A stretch of 64,000 nucleotides of DNA from Heterodontus francisci (GCF_036365525.1 NC_090404.1:15342550-15406549); one strand, 5' to 3'. Positions 1-14,009 are shown, counted from the stretch's first letter. The notes: generated from the letters alone by a model not told the origin. Translations and numbers: made by a program.

Positions 1-809
1 TCCCCTCAGTCTCATTCCCCCATTCGGCCCATCGCCCTATGCTCTCTCTCTCTCTCTCTGAAGGAGTCTCCCCTCAGTCCATTCCCCCATTTGGCCCATC
101 GCCCTGTGCTCTCTCCCTCTCTCTCTCTCTGAAGGAGTCTCCCCTCAGTCCATTCCCCCATTCAACCCATCGCCCTGTGCTCTCTCTCTCTCTCTCTCTG
201 AAGGAGTCTCCCCTCAGTCCATTCCCCCATTCGGCCCATCGCCTTGTGCTCTCTCCCACTCTCTCTCTCTCTGAAGGAGTCTCCCCTCAGTCCATTCCCC
301 CATTCAACCCATCACCCTGTGCTCTCTCTCTCTCTCTCTCTGAAGGAGTCTCCCCTCAGTCTCATTCCCCCATTCGGCCCATCACTCTGTTGTCTCTCTC
401 TCTCTCTCTCTCTGAAGGAGTCTCCCCTCAGTCTCATACCCCCATTCGGCCCATCGCCCTATGCTCTCTCTCTCTCTCCTTCTCTGAAGTAGTCTCCCCT
501 CAGTCTCATTCCCCCCTTCGGCCCATCGCCCTGTGCCGTCTCTCTCTCTCTCTCTCTGAAGGAGTCTCCCCTCAATCCCATTCCCCCATTCAGCCCATCG
601 CCCTGTGCTCTCTCTCTCTGTCTGAAGGAGTCTCCGCTCAGTCCCATTCCCACCATTCGGCCCATAGCCCTATGCTCTCTCTCTCTCTCTGAAGGAGCTC
701 TCCCCTCAGTCCATTCCCCAATTCAGCCCATCGCCCTGTGCTCTCTCTCTCTCTTTCTCTGAAGGAGTCTCCCCTCAGTCCCATGACCCCATGCAGCCCA
801 TCGCCCTGT

Positions 810-849
<40 letters not shown>

Positions 850-3731
850 GGAGTCTCCCCTCAGTCCATTCCCCCATTCGGCCCATCGCCCTGTGCTCTC
901 TCTCTCTCTCTCACTCTAAAGGAGCTCTCCCCTCAGTCCCATTCCCCCATTCAGCCCATCACCCTGTGCTCTCTCTCTCTCTCTGAAGGAGTCTCCCCTC
1001 AGTCCTTTCCCCTATTCGGCCCATCGCCCAGTGCTCTCTCTCTCTCTCTCTGAAGGAGTCTCCCCTCAGTCCATTCCCCCATTCAGCCCATCACCCTGTG
1101 CTCTCTCTCTCTCTCTCTCTGAAGGAGCTCTCCCCTCAGTCCCATTCCCCCATTCAGCCCATCACCCTGTGCTCTCTCTCTCTCTCTCTCTGAAGGAGTC
1201 TCCGCTCAGTCCCATTCCGCCCCATTCGGCCCATCGCCCTGTGCTCTCTCTCTCTCTCTCTCTCTGAAGGAGTCTCCCCCCAGTCCCATTCCCCCCCATT
1301 CAGCCCATCACCCTGTGCTCTCTCTCTGTTCTCTGAAGGAGTCTCCCCTCAGTCCCATTACCCCATTCAGCCCATCGCCCTGTGCTCTCTCTCTCTCTCT
1401 CTGAAGGATTCTCAACTCAGTCCCATTCCCCCATTCAGCCCATCACCCTATGCTCTCTCTCTCTCTCTCTGAAGGAGTCTCCCCTCAGTCCCATTACCCC
1501 ATTCAGCCCATCGCCCTGTGCTCTCTCTCTCTCTCTCTGAAGGATTCTCAACTCAGTCTCATTCCCCCATTCGGCCCATCGCCCTATGCTCTCTCTCTCT
1601 CTGAAGGAGTCTCCCCTCAGTCCATTCCCCCATTTGGCCCATCGCCCTGTGCTCTCTCCCTCTCACTCACTCTGAAGGAGCTCTCCCCTCAGTCCCATTC
1701 CCCCATTCAGCCCAGCACCCAGTGCTCTCTCGCTCTCTCTGAAGGAGTCTCCCCTCAGTCCATTCCCCCATTCGGCCCATCGCCCTGTGCTCTCTCTCTC
1801 ACTCTCTCTCTCTCTGAAGGAGTCTCCCCTCAGTCCATTCCCCCATTCAGCCCATCGCCCTGTGCTCTCTCTCTCTCTCTCTGAAGGAGTCTCCCCTCAG
1901 TCCATTCCCCCATTCGGCCCATCGCCCTATGCTCTCTCTCTCTCTGAAGGAGCTCTCCCCTCAGTCCATTCCCCAATTCAGCCCATCGCCCTGTGCTCTC
2001 TCTCTCTCTCTCTCTGTCTGAAGGAGTCTCCCCTCAGTCCATCCCCCATTCGGTCCATCACCCTGTGCTCTCTCTCTCTTTCCCTCTCTCTATCTCTCTG
2101 AAGGAGTCTCCCCTCAGTCCCAGTCCCCCCATTCGGCCCATCGTCCTGTGCTCTCTCTCTCTCTCGCTCTCTCTGAAGGAGTCTCCCCTCAGTCCATCCC
2201 CCATTCGGTCCATCACCCTGTGCTCTCTCTCTCTTTCTCGCTCTCTCTCTGAAGGAGTCTTCCCTCAGTCCCATTCCCCCATTCGGTCCATCGCCCTGTG
2301 TTATCTCTCTCTCTCGCTCTCTCTGGAGTCTTCCCTCAGTCCCATTCCCCCCATTCGGCCCATCACCCTGTCCTCTCTCTCTCTCCCTCTCTCTGATGTA
2401 GTCTGCCATCTGTCCCATTCCCCCATTCGGTCCATCGCCCTGTGCTCTCTCTCTCTCTCTGAAGGAGTCTCCCCACATTCCCATTCTCCCCCATTCGGCC
2501 CATCGCCCTGTGCTCTCTCTCTCTCTCTCTCTCTGAAGGAGTCTCCCCTCAGTCCCATTCCACACCCCCCCCCCATTCAGCCCATCTCCCTGCGTTCTCT
2601 CTCTCTCCCTCTCAGAAGGAGTCTCCCCACAGTGCCATTCCCCCCCCTTTTCGGCCCATCGCCCTGTGCTCTCTCTCTCTCTGAAGGAGCTCTCCCCTCA
2701 GTCCCATTCCCCCATTCAGCCCATCGCCCTGTGCTCTCTCTCCCTCTCTCTCTCTCTCTGAAGGAGCTCTCCCCTCAGTCCCATTCCCCCATTCAGCCCA
2801 TCACCCTGTGCTCTCTCTCTCTCTCTCTCTCTCTGAAGGAGTCTCCCCTCAGTCTCATTCCCCCATTTGGCCCATCACTCTGTTGTCTCTCTCTCTCTCT
2901 CTCTCTGAAGGAGTCTCCCCTCAGTCCCATTACCCCATTCAGCCCATCGCCCTGTGCTCTCTCTCTCCCTCTCTCTCTGAAGGAGTCTCCCCTCAGTCCC
3001 ATTCCCCCCCATTCAGCCCATCGCCCTATGCTCTCTCTCTCTGTCTCTGAAGGAGTCTCCCCTCAGTCTCATTCCCCCATTCGGCCCATCGCCCTATGCT
3101 CTCTCTCTCTCTCTCTCTGAAGGAGTCTCCCCTCAGTCCATTCCCCCATTCGGCCCATCGCCTTGTGCTCTCTCCCACTCTCTCACTCTCTGAAGGAGTC
3201 TCCCCTCAGTCCCATTCCCCCATTCAGCCCATCACCCTGTGCTCTCTCTCTCTCTCTCTCTGAAGGAGTCTCCCCTCAGTCTCATTCCCCCATTCGGCCC
3301 ATCACTCTGTTGTCTCTCTCTCTCTCTCTCTCTGAAGGAGTCTCCCCTCAGTCTCATACCCCCATTCGGCCCATCGCCCTATGCTCTCTCTCTCTCTCCT
3401 TCTCTGAAGTAGTCTCCCCTCAGTCTCATTCCCCCCTTCGGCCCATCGCCCTGTGCCGTCTCTCTCTCTCTCTCTGTCTGAAGGAGTCTCCCCTCAATCC
3501 CATTCCCCCATTCAGCCCATCGCCCTGTGCTCTCTCTCTCTGTCTGAAGGAGTCTCCGCTCAGTCCCATTCCCACCATTCGGCCCATAGCCCTATGCTCT
3601 CTCTCTCTCTCTGAAGGAGCTCTCCCCTCAGTCCATTCCCCAATTCAGCCCATCGCCCTGTGCTCTCTCTCTCTCTTTCTCTGAAGGAGTCTCCCCTCAG
3701 TCCCATGACCCCATTCAGCCCATCGCCCTGT

Positions 3732-3771
<40 letters not shown>

Positions 3772-5947
3772 GGAGTCTCCCCTCAGTCCATTCCCCCATT
3801 CGGCCCATCGCCCTGTGCTCTCTCTCTCTCTCTCACTCTAAAGGAGCTCTCCCCTCAGTCCCATTCCCCCATTCAGCCCATCACCCTGTGCTCTCTCTCT
3901 CTCTCTGAAGGAGTCTCCCCTCAGTCCTTTCCCCTATTCGGCCCATCGCCCAGTGCTCTCTCTCTCTCTCTCTGAAGGAGTCTCCCCTCAGTCCATTCCC
4001 CCATTCAGCCCATCACCCTGTGCTCTCTCCCTCTCTCTCTCTGAAGGAGCTCTCCCCTCAGTCCCATTCCCCCATTCAGCCCATCACCCTGTGCTCTCTC
4101 TCTCTCTCTCTCTGAAGGAGTCTCCGCTCAGTCCCATTCCGCCCCATTCGGCCCATCGCCCTGTGCTCTCTCTCTCTCTCTCTCTCTGAAGGAGTCTCCC
4201 CCCAGTCCCATTCCCCCCCATTCAGCCCATCACCCTGTGCTCTCTCTCTGTTCTCTGAAGGAGTCTCCCCTCAGTCCCATTACCCCATTCAGCCCATCGC
4301 CCTGTGCTCTCTCTCTCTCTCTCTGAAGGATTCTCAACTCAGTCCCATTCCCCCATTCAGCCCATCACCCTATGCTCTCTCTCTCTCTCTCTGAAGGAGT
4401 CTCCCCTCAGTCTCATTCCCCCATTCGGCCCATCGCCCTATGCTCTCTCTCTCTCTGAAGGAGTCTCCCCTCAGTCCATTCCCCCATTTGGCCCATCGCC
4501 CTGTGCTCTCTCCCTCTCACTCACTCTGACGGAGCTCTCCCCTCAGTCCCATTCCCCCATTCAGCCCAGCACCCAGTGCTCTCTCGCTCTCTCTGAAGGA
4601 GTCTCCCCTCAGTCCATTCCCCCATTCGGCCCATCGCCCTGTGCTCTCTCTCTCACTCTCTCTCTCTCTGAAGGAGTCTCCCCTCAGTCCCATTACCCCA
4701 TTCAGCCCATCGCCCTGTACTCTCTCTCTCTCTCTCTGAAGGAGTCTCCCCTCAGTCCATTCCCCCATTCGGCCCATCGCCCTATGCTCTCTCTCTCTCT
4801 GAAGGAGCTCTCCCCTCAGTCCATTCCCCAATTCAGCCCATCGCCCTGTGCTCTCTCTCTCTCTCTCTCTGTCTGAAGGAGTCTCCCCTCAGTCCATCCC
4901 CCATTCGGTCCATCACCCTGTGCTCTCTCTCTCTTTCTCTCTCTCTATCTCTCTGAAGGAGTCTCCCCTCAGTCCCAGTCCCCCCATTCGGCCCATCGTC
5001 CTGTGCTCTCTCTCTCTCTCACTCTCTCTGAAGGAGTCTCCCCTCAGTCCATCCCCCATTCGGTCCATCACCCTGTGCTCTCTCTCTCTTTCTCTCTCTC
5101 TCTCTGAAGGAGTCTTCCCTCAGTCCCATTCCCCCATTCAGTCCATCGCCCTGTGTTATCTCTCTCTCTCTCTCTCTCTTGAGTCTTCCCTCAGTCCCAT
5201 TCCCCCCATTCGGCCCATCACCCTGTGCTCTCTCTCTCTCCCTCTCTCTGATGTAGTCTGCCCTCAGTCCCATTCCCCCATTCGGTCCATCGCCCTGTGC
5301 TCTCTCTCTCTCTCTGAAGGAGTCTCCCCACATTCCCATTCTCCCCCATTCGGCCCATCGCCCTGTGCTCTCTCTCTCTCTCTCTCTCTGAAGGAGTCTC
5401 CCCTCAGTCCCATTCCACCCCCCCCCCCATTCAGCCCATCTCCCTGCGTTCTCTCTCTCTCCCTCTCAGAAGGAGTCTCCCCACAGTGCCATTCCCCCCC
5501 CTTTTCGGCCCATCGCCCTGTGCTCTCTCTCTCTCTCTCTGAAGGAGCTCTCCCCTCAGTCCCATTCCCCCATTCAGCCCATCGCCCTGTGCTCTCACTC
5601 CCTCTCTCTCTCTCTGAAGGAGCTCTCCCCTCAGTCCCATTCCCCCATTCAGCCCATCACCCTGTGCTCACTCTCTCTCTCTCTCTCTCTCTGAAGGAGC
5701 TCTCCCCTCAGACCCATTCCCCCCCATTCAGCCCATCACCCTGTGCTCTCTCTCTCTCTCTCTGAAGAAGTCTCCCCTCAGTCCATTCCCCCATTCGACC
5801 CATCGCCCTGTGCTCTCTCTCTCTCTCTGAAGGAGTCTTCCCTCAGTCCCATTCCCCCCATTCAGCCCATCGCCCTGTGCTCTCTCTCTCTCTCTCTCTG
5901 AAGGAGTCTTCCCTCAGTCCCATTCCCCCCATTCAGCCCATCGCCCT

Positions 5948-5987
<40 letters not shown>

Positions 5988-6036
5988 GGAGTCTCCCCTG
6001 AGTCCCATTCCCCCCATTTGGCCCATCGCCCTGTTA

Positions 6037-6076
<40 letters not shown>

Positions 6077-8250
6077 AGAGTCTCCCTTCAGTCCCAGTCC
6101 CCCCATTCGACCCATCGCCCTGTGCTCTCTCTCTCTCTCTGAAGGAGTCTTCCCTCAGTCCCATTCCCCCATTCAGCCCATCGCCCTGTGCTCTCTCTCT
6201 CTCCCTCTCTCTGATGTAGTCTGCCCTCAGTCCCATTCCCCCATTCGGTCCATCGCCCTGTGCTCTCTCTCTCTCTCTGAAGGAGTCTCCCCACATTCCC
6301 ATTCTCCCCCATTCGGCCCATCGCCCTGTGCTCTCTCTCTCTCTCTCTCTCTGAAGGAGTCTCCCCTCAGTCCCATTCCACCCCCCCCCCATTCAGCCCA
6401 TCTCCCTGCGTTCTCTCTCTCTCCCTCTCAGAAGGAGTCTCCCCACAGTGCCATTCCCCCCCCTTTTCGGCCCATCGCCCTGTGCTCTCTCTCTCTCTGA
6501 AGGAGCTCTCCCCTCAGTCCCATTCCCCCATTCAGCCCATCGCCCTGTGCTCTCTCTCTCTCTCTCTCTGAAGAAGTCTCCCCTCAGTCCCATTCCCCCA
6601 TTCAGCCCATCGCCCTGTGCTCTCTCTCTCTCTCTCTCTGAAGAAGTCTCCCCTCAGTCCCATTCCCCCATTCAGCCCATCGCCCTGTGCTCTCTCTCTC
6701 TCTCTCTCTGAAGAAGTCTCCCCTCAGTCCCATTCCCCCCATTCAGCCCATCGCCCTGTGCTCTCTCTCTCTCTCTCTCTCTCTGAAGGAGCTCTCCCCT
6801 CAGTCTCATTCTCCCCATTCGGCCCATCGCCCTGTGCTCTCTCTCTCTCTCTCTCTCTGAAGGAGCTCTCCCCTCAGTCTCATTCCCCCATTCAGCCCAT
6901 CGCCCTCTGCTCTCTCTCTCTCTCTCTCTCTCTCTGAAGGAGCTCTCCCCTCACTCCCATTCCCCCCATCTGGCCCATCGCCCTGTGCTCTCTCTCTCTC
7001 TCTCTCTGAAGGAGCTCTCCCCTCAGTCTCATTCTCCCCATTCGGCCCATCGCCCTGTGCTCTCTCTCTCTCTCTGAAGGAGCTCTCCCCTCAGTCTCAT
7101 TCTCCCCATTCGGCCCATCGCCCTGTGCTCTCTCTCTCTCTCTGAAGGAGCTCTCCCCTCAGTCTCATTCTCCCCATTCGGCCCATCGCCCTGTGCTCTC
7201 TCTCTCTCTCTGAAGGAGTCTCCCCTCAGTCCCATTCCCCCCCCATTCAGCCCATCTCCCTGTGTTCCCCCTCTCTCTTTCTCTGAAGGAGTCTCCCCTT
7301 AGTCCCATTCCCCCATTCGGTCCATCGCCCTGTGCTCTCTCTCTCTCTCTCTCTCTGAAGGAGTCTCCCCTCAGTCCCATTCCCCCATTCGGTCCATCGC
7401 CCTGTTCTCTCTCTCTCTCTCTCTGAAGGAGTCTCCCCTCAGTCCCATTCCCCCCCCATTCAGCCCATCTCCCTGTGTTCCCCCTCTCTCTTTCTCTGAA
7501 GGAGTCTCCCCTTAGTCCCATTCCCCCATTCGGTCCATCGCCCTGTGCTCTCTCTCTCTCTCTCTCTCTGAAGGAGTCTCCCCTCAGTCCCATTCCCCCA
7601 TTCGGTCCATCGCCCTGTTCTCTCTCTCTCTCTCTCTGAAGGAGTCTCCCCTTAGTCCCATTCCCCCATTCGGTCCATCGCCCTGTGCTCTCTCTCTCTC
7701 TCTCTCTCTGAAGGAGTCTCCCCTTAGTCCCATTCCCCCATTCGGTCCATCGCCCTGTGCTCTCTCTCTCTCTCTCTCTCTGAAGGAGTCTCCCCTCAGT
7801 CCCATTCCCCCATTCGGTCCATCGCCCTGTTCTCTCTCTCTCTCTCTCTGAAGGAGTCCCCCTCAGTCCCATTCCCCCATTCGGTCCATCGCCCTGTTCT
7901 CTCTCTCTCTCTCTCTGAAGGAGTCTCCCCTCAGTCCCATTCCCCCCCCATTCAGCCCATCTCCCTGTGTTCCCCCTCTCTCTTTCTCTGAAGGAGTCTC
8001 CCCTTAGTCCCATTCCCCCATTCGGTCCATCGCCCTGTGCTCTCTCTCTCTCTCTCTCTCTGAAGGAGTCTCCCCTCAGTCCCATTCCCCCATTCGGTCC
8101 ATCGCCCTGTGCTCTCTCTCTCTCTCTGAAGGAGTCTTCCCTTAGTCCCATTTCCCCCCATTCGACCCATCGCCCTGTGCTCTCTCTCTCTCTCTGAAGG
8201 AGCTCTGCCTTCAGACCCATTTCCCCATTCGGCCCATCGTGTCTGTGCCG
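1..8250 (+). repeat. Satellite array of about 60-75-bp units (CCCTCAGTCCCATTCCCCCATTCGGCCCATCGCCCTGTG-(CT)n-GAAGGAGTCTC), running off the window start
   Basis: More than 100 tandem units with a variable (CT)n tract. There is an internal duplication of about 2.9 kb (identical ORF-track peptides at 808/3730 and 1031/3953, offset 2922). Confidence 0.97.
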
Positions 8251-9522
8251 GTCTAACAGCCCTCCGTGTAAGAACATCTGCCTCCCCACCCCCGCGCCCC
8301 CCCACAACTAACCTCCCCCTTGTTCTCTTGCCGCTAACCCTAAATCGATGCCCCTCTCTGGTCTCTGCCTCACCCACCGGAGGGAAAAGGTTTCCCCGAT
8401 TTTCGTTCTCGAAGCTCTCTCCTGATTTTGAGCCTCCTCCATCAGACCTCCCGTTAACCTGCCCTGTTCTGATGAAACATGGAACCTCTAGAGGCTCTCG
8501 TTGGAATGAAACTTTCTAAACTCTGGGATGATACAAGCGAATCATTCCTCCAAGGTCCCGCCATCCCTCGTAGAGTAAATCACCAAGTTATCGGCCCGGC
8601 TATTCAGCCGGAACGTCTGTTATCATTCAAATTGTTGCCGACCCTTTGAGTTTTGCCGGCCGGGTCTGGACAAATTTCAGTGAGGAGGACCCCACAGCCC
8701 TCTTGTTACCTCCCAGAAGATCCACACACTTGAGTGAGGCGTTTAGTGGAATTTAATGTCAAACCCCATGCGGGTGAATGTTGGAGATCCCGCAGCTACA
8801 GCCAGAATGGGGGCGGGAGGGAGGGGGGGAGCGGATTAACGCCAGGGCCCGGATTTCCACACCGCCCACAACCCCGCACCGCCCCTCCCCCACCCACAAC
8901 CGTCCCCCATCAAACCAGCACCACTTTAAAAAAAAACAACACATTAACCAGGTCACACGTCTCATTTCTGAGTGTGGGGTCTTGCTGTGCTCCCCATGAG
9001 TGATACAAATGACAGCGTGTGAACAGAGACACCGCACTGCTGGTCTCCCCACCCACCCCCGACTGCCTCCCTTCACACCATGGGACCCCTCCCCACCCTC
9101 AGTCGCCACTCCCTCCCACCAGGAAGGCACCAGATACTGGGCCTGACCTTTGAACTGCAGACCCTTTGCATTGCGAGTGAGGGATATGGACTGACTGGAA
9201 ACTCCCTCACAAACCACCCCCCCACCGCAACCTCTTCATTTCGAGGTGCCCTGCATCAAGGAGCTCAGACAGAAACCCGGGTCCCTCGATCAGGGGGGAA
9301 ACCCACACAGAGACGAGCCTGGTACCTCAGACAAGATCAGGGTCCAATTCTGACCTCTCACCTCTCGTCTCTGCCTTGCTGGCACCTGACCATTTGCTCC
9401 TCGTGCCATCACTTGGAGGCAGGAGGGTGAGGGGTAGTGGGTGTTGGGTAGAATTCGGCCATCTCATGTACGTCAGACCCGGCGCACCAGACCGAATTAG
9501 TACATTTCCGAGTTTCACCACC

Positions 9523-10235
9523 ATCTGTACTGATGTTAATCCAGCTCCCTCACACTGTCACTCAGTAACCCCTCTCCCCAGCACCCTGTGTTACTGACTG
9601 TATCTGTACTGATGTTAATCCAGCTCCCTCACACTGTCACTCAGTAACCCCTCTCCCCAGCACCCTGTGTTACTGACTGTATCTATACTGATGTTAATCC
9701 AGCTCCCTCACACTGTCACGCAGTAACCCCTTTCCCCCAGCACCCTGTGTTCCTGACTGTATCTGTACTGATGTTAATCCAGCTCCCTCACACTAACACT
9801 CAGTAACCCCTCTCCCCAGCACCCTGTGTTACTGACTCTATCTGTACTGATGTTAATCCAGCTCCCTCACACTGTCACTCAGTAACCCCTCTCCCCAGCA
9901 CCCTGTGTTACTGACTCTATCTGTACTGATGTTAATCCAGCTCCCTCACACTGTCACTCAGTAACCCCTCTCCCCAGCACCCTGTGTTACTGACTGTATC
10001 TGTACTGATGTTAATCCAGCTCCCTCACACTGTCACTCAGTAACCCCTCCCCCCAGCACCCTGTGTTACTGACTGTATCTGTACTGATGTTAATCCAGCT
10101 CCCTCACACTGTCACTCAGTAACCCCTCCCCCCAGCACCCTGTGGTACTGACTGTATCTGTACTGATGTTAATCCAGCTCCCTCACACTGTCACTCAGTA
10201 ACCTCTCCCCCAAGCACCCTGTGTTACTGATGTTA
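9523..10235. repeat. 79-bp minisatellite, about 9 copies
   Basis: Unit ATCTGTACTGATGTTAATCCAGCTCCCTCACACTGTCACTCAGTAACCCC... recurs at 9523, 9602, 9681 and onward. Confidence 0.95.
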
Positions 10236-11049
10236 AATCCTGCCTTGTATTCTCTCGATAGGTAAGTCTTCTATCCAGTCGGGTACCGAGCCCCACACAG
10301 TGCAGCAAGAGCACAGGTTGCAATGCCCTGTTCTCTGTTTGCGGAACTCAGGCGGAGGGGGCGATTTTGGAGGGGGGTCACGGTCGTGCCTCGGTGCTGC
10401 TCAGATTAAAAGGTGGGGATGGGGTGCGAAGGGGGCTGTCGGGGGAAATGTATTAGAATTGCTGCTCCTGACCTTTGCCCATTGATGTTGTCTGCATCAA
10501 TAGTGCATCAATTTAGTGGGGAGATTAAGACGAGCAGGATAGAGGCTACCGCCCCACCACCCCCCACCCCCCCCACTCGAGCCCCCACCCCCAGAGCGAT
10601 GCATCCCCGAGTCAAATATCCCGCAGTGAGAAGCTGCGAGTGAGAATTATGAGTCAGGGTGCAGACATGGAGGTGGGGTATACGTGCGGATCTATTCATG
10701 GTATCAATGAGTCCAGCACACAGAAGAGATTACACATACGCTTGCACACAAAGCTTTCGGACCCTGCAACTCACTGCTCCCTCCTCCCTCCAAACCCCCC
10801 CACCCCAGCCAGTTCCAGCCACGCCCAGGGCCCCCTTAACCTGCCTGACCTTGAAGGCAAGGCACGGTCATTGTTGCCCAGGCTTTGAGGCACAGGGATG
10901 GGGCTAAACAAACAAACCCAGCTGCATCAGGAATCCTGATCGGTGTGGAATTTCAAGGAGAGACTTGAAATCCGGCAAGGCTCGAGAAATACCGGAGAGG
11001 CAGACAGAAAATACGGGAGCGGTAGACGGACCAGAGAGAGAGGGAGGGC

Positions 11050-11706
11050 NNNNNNNNNNNNNNNNNNNNNNNNNNNNNNNNNNNNNNNNNNNNNNNNNNN
11101 NNNNNNNNNNNNNNNNNNNNNNNNNNNNNNNNNNNNNNNNNNNNNNNNNNNNNNNNNNNNNNNNNNNNNNNNNNNNNNNNNNNNNNNNNNNNNNNNNNNN
11201 NNNNNNNNNNNNNNNNNNNNNNNNNNNNNNNNNNNNNNNNNNNNNNNNNNNNNNNNNNNNNNNNNNNNNNNNNNNNNNNNNNNNNNNNNNNNNNNNNNNN
11301 NNNNNNNNNNNNNNNNNNNNNNNNNNNNNNNNNNNNNNNNNNNNNNNNNNNNNNNNNNNNNNNNNNNNNNNNNNNNNNNNNNNNNNNNNNNNNNNNNNNN
11401 NNNNNNNNNNNNNNNNNNNNNNNNNNNNNNNNNNNNNNNNNNNNNNNNNNNNNNNNNNNNNNNNNNNNNNNNNNNNNNNNNNNNNNNNNNNNNNNNNNNN
11501 NNNNNNNNNNNNNNNNNNNNNNNNNNNNNNNNNNNNNNNNNNNNNNNNNNNNNNNNNNNNNNNNNNNNNNNNNNNNNNNNNNNNNNNNNNNNNNNNNNNN
11601 NNNNNNNNNNNNNNNNNNNNNNNNNNNNNNNNNNNNNNNNNNNNNNNNNNNNNNNNNNNNNNNNNNNNNNNNNNNNNNNNNNNNNNNNNNNNNNNNNNNN
11701 NNNNNN
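11050..11706. other. Assembly gap (657 N)
   Basis: Run of N. Confidence 1.
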
Positions 11707-12150
11707 CATACAGACATACACAGACACATACAGTCACAGACATCGACACACAGACAGACACACACAGACATCAACACCCATACAGACACATACATAGACA
11801 CCCACACATGGACACACACACAGTTGGACACAGACTCACCCGCAGACACACACATAGAGGCACATACATACATCGACACAAACATGCAGAGACACAGACA
11901 CACACATACACAGAGACACACACACACACATTAACATACACAGACACACACAGACACACAGATATCAACAGACACACATCAGCACGCACAGACACACACA
12001 TACTCAGAGACACAGAGACCGACAGACACACAGACACATCGACATTCCTAGACACAGAGACATACACACAGAAACACAGTTATAAACATATGTACACAGA
12101 CACACATGCAGGGACATATTGATATTCACAGCTGCAGAGACACACACACC
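11707..12150. repeat. Degenerate (CA)n/(CAGA)n microsatellite
   Basis: CA-rich low-complexity sequence next to the gap. Confidence 0.9.
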
Positions 12151-12593
12151 ATTTACCTCCAGCTGACGGTTTTATCCTTATTCCTCGCAAACTGGCGTTT
12201 TTTTTTTGTTTCGTCTCTCTCCTACCCTCTCTCCCTCTCCCTCTCCCTCCCTCTCTTTCTTTCTCTGTGTCAGTCTCCTCTCCTAGTCCTTTCTCCTCGG
12301 TGAATGCAGAGACATCAACAGCTCCCCGCCTTTGGAGCTGTCACTCAAACCGAGTCACGCAGAGCAGCTGAACCCAGCTCGGAGAGGGGAGGGTAGAGGG
12401 CCAGCTTGGAGAGGGGAGGGTAGAGGGCTACCTACGCTCACTCACTGAGTGGGTGGGGCGCTTTGTTGTTTGGCCAGCCTCGCCACAAACCTTGCAGGCT
12501 ACAAATTCCAAACACATACCCTGAGAAGTCTCTCTGTCTCTCTCTCTCTCTCTCTCTACCTCGCTCTCCCCCACTCCCTCTCTCCCTATCTCT

Positions 12594-12733
12594 NNNNNNN
12601 NNNNNNNNNNNNNNNNNNNNNNNNNNNNNNNNNNNNNNNNNNNNNNNNNNNNNNNNNNNNNNNNNNNNNNNNNNNNNNNNNNNNNNNNNNNNNNNNNNNN
12701 NNNNNNNNNNNNNNNNNNNNNNNNNNNNNNNNN
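12594..12733. other. Assembly gap (140 N)
   Basis: Run of N. Confidence 1.
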
Positions 12734-13123
12734 TGTCCCCCTCTCCTTCTTTCTGTCTGTCTCTGTCTCCCTGTTCACTCTCCTCTCTCTCCTTCTCTCT
12801 GTCTCTCTCTCTCTCACTGTCCCCCTCTCTCTGTACCCATTCCCCTCTCCCTGTGCCCTTCTCTTTCCCTCTCTCTCTCTCCCTGCCCTCCCCCCGTCCA
12901 CCTCTCCTTCTCTCTTTGATCTCTCTCCCGCGTCCCCCTCTCTCTGTCCCCCTCTCCTCTCTGTCTCTATCTCACCATCCCCCTCTTGCTGCCCTCCCCC
13001 CGTCCGCCTCTCCTTCTCTCTGTCTCCCTGCCTCTCTTTTTCTGTCTCTCTCTCTCTCTTCCCGTCTCCATCTCTTTCTATCTATCTCTGTCTCTGTCTC
13101 TCTCTCTCTTCGCCTCTCTCTCT
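12734..13123. repeat. Degenerate (CT)n low-complexity tract
   Basis: Pyrimidine-rich simple sequence. Confidence 0.9.
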
Positions 13124-13504
13124 AAGTGATTGTTGTTAAGATATCCCAGCTGGAGCAGTCCCTGAGATTTAATGCATGGGCTGGGGAAGGTTTGGGAGGG
13201 GGTGAGGTGGTGGGGAGAGGGTCTATGGCAGGGCCCGCACCCTTTCTCCCTGGTCCTGGTAAATAATCTGTGCAGCCCTGGTTTCCTGTGTCTTCACACT
13301 CATAGACCCCTCTGCTGTGATGTGGGGAGAAGGCACAGAGGACAAGGCTGCACACCGCTAGACAGGCCTCCCATCAGGTGATGGGGAGGGGGGGTGGTAG
13401 TTGGGGAGGGGGGGGGGGGTGGGGGAGTCGAAGTGGAGACCACCAGTTCAAAAAAGTAAACTGCCCATCCCCCAGCCGGGCAATCAAAACCACCATCAGG
13501 GCTA

Positions 13505-13690
13505 CTTAAAGGGGCAACGTGCAGTCTGGGCTTCCGAGAGCTGATTTAAAGGGGCAGGACACAGGGTTTCTGTAAGCAGATTTAAAGGGGCCGAACCACA
13601 GTTAGGGTTTCTACAAGCAGATTTAAAGGGGCAGAACACAATTAGGGTTTCTACAAGCAGATTTAAAGGGGCAGGACAGGGTTAGGGTGT
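13505..13690. repeat. Short tandem repeat of about 40 bp (GATTTAAAGGGGCAGAACACAATTAGGGTTTCTACAAGCA), 4-5 diverged copies
   Basis: Recurring TTAAAGGGGC motif at about 40-bp spacing. Confidence 0.8.
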
Positions 13691-14009
13691 TTGCGAATCT
13701 TAAGATGTCTGCTAACAGATTAAAACGAAGACGTTCCCTTTACACAAGAAAGCGGTGAGAATGTGGGACTCGTTTCCCCGTGGATGGAATGAGTCAGACG
13801 GAATCAGTTGCTCAAGAAAGAAAGCCAAGCATTGAAACAGCACCATTGACAACCCCAAGACATCCCAGCCTCTCCCCAATCTGTCCACGCAACTGGAGAC
13901 CCTCACCCGCAGAACCAGCCTGGTAAATCTTTCCTGCACCCTCTCTAATCCCCTTCCGAAAGCGTGGGGACCGGAAGTTTTTTTTTGCGGGGGGGTGGGG
14001 GGAAGTCGG

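Noticed and set aside
1-8250. CRISPR-like appearance of the repeat arrays
   Set aside because: No unique spacers, no cas genes, and a vertebrate context.
8466-8520. CTGATGA...GAAAC as another hammerhead
   Set aside because: No convincing stem I, II or III pairing around the core.
10904-13125. Long ORFs spanning the N runs
   Set aside because: Artefacts of assembly gaps and microsatellites.
13601-13690. TTAGGG motifs as interstitial telomere
   Set aside because: Only three isolated copies inside a 40-bp repeat, not a tandem telomeric array.
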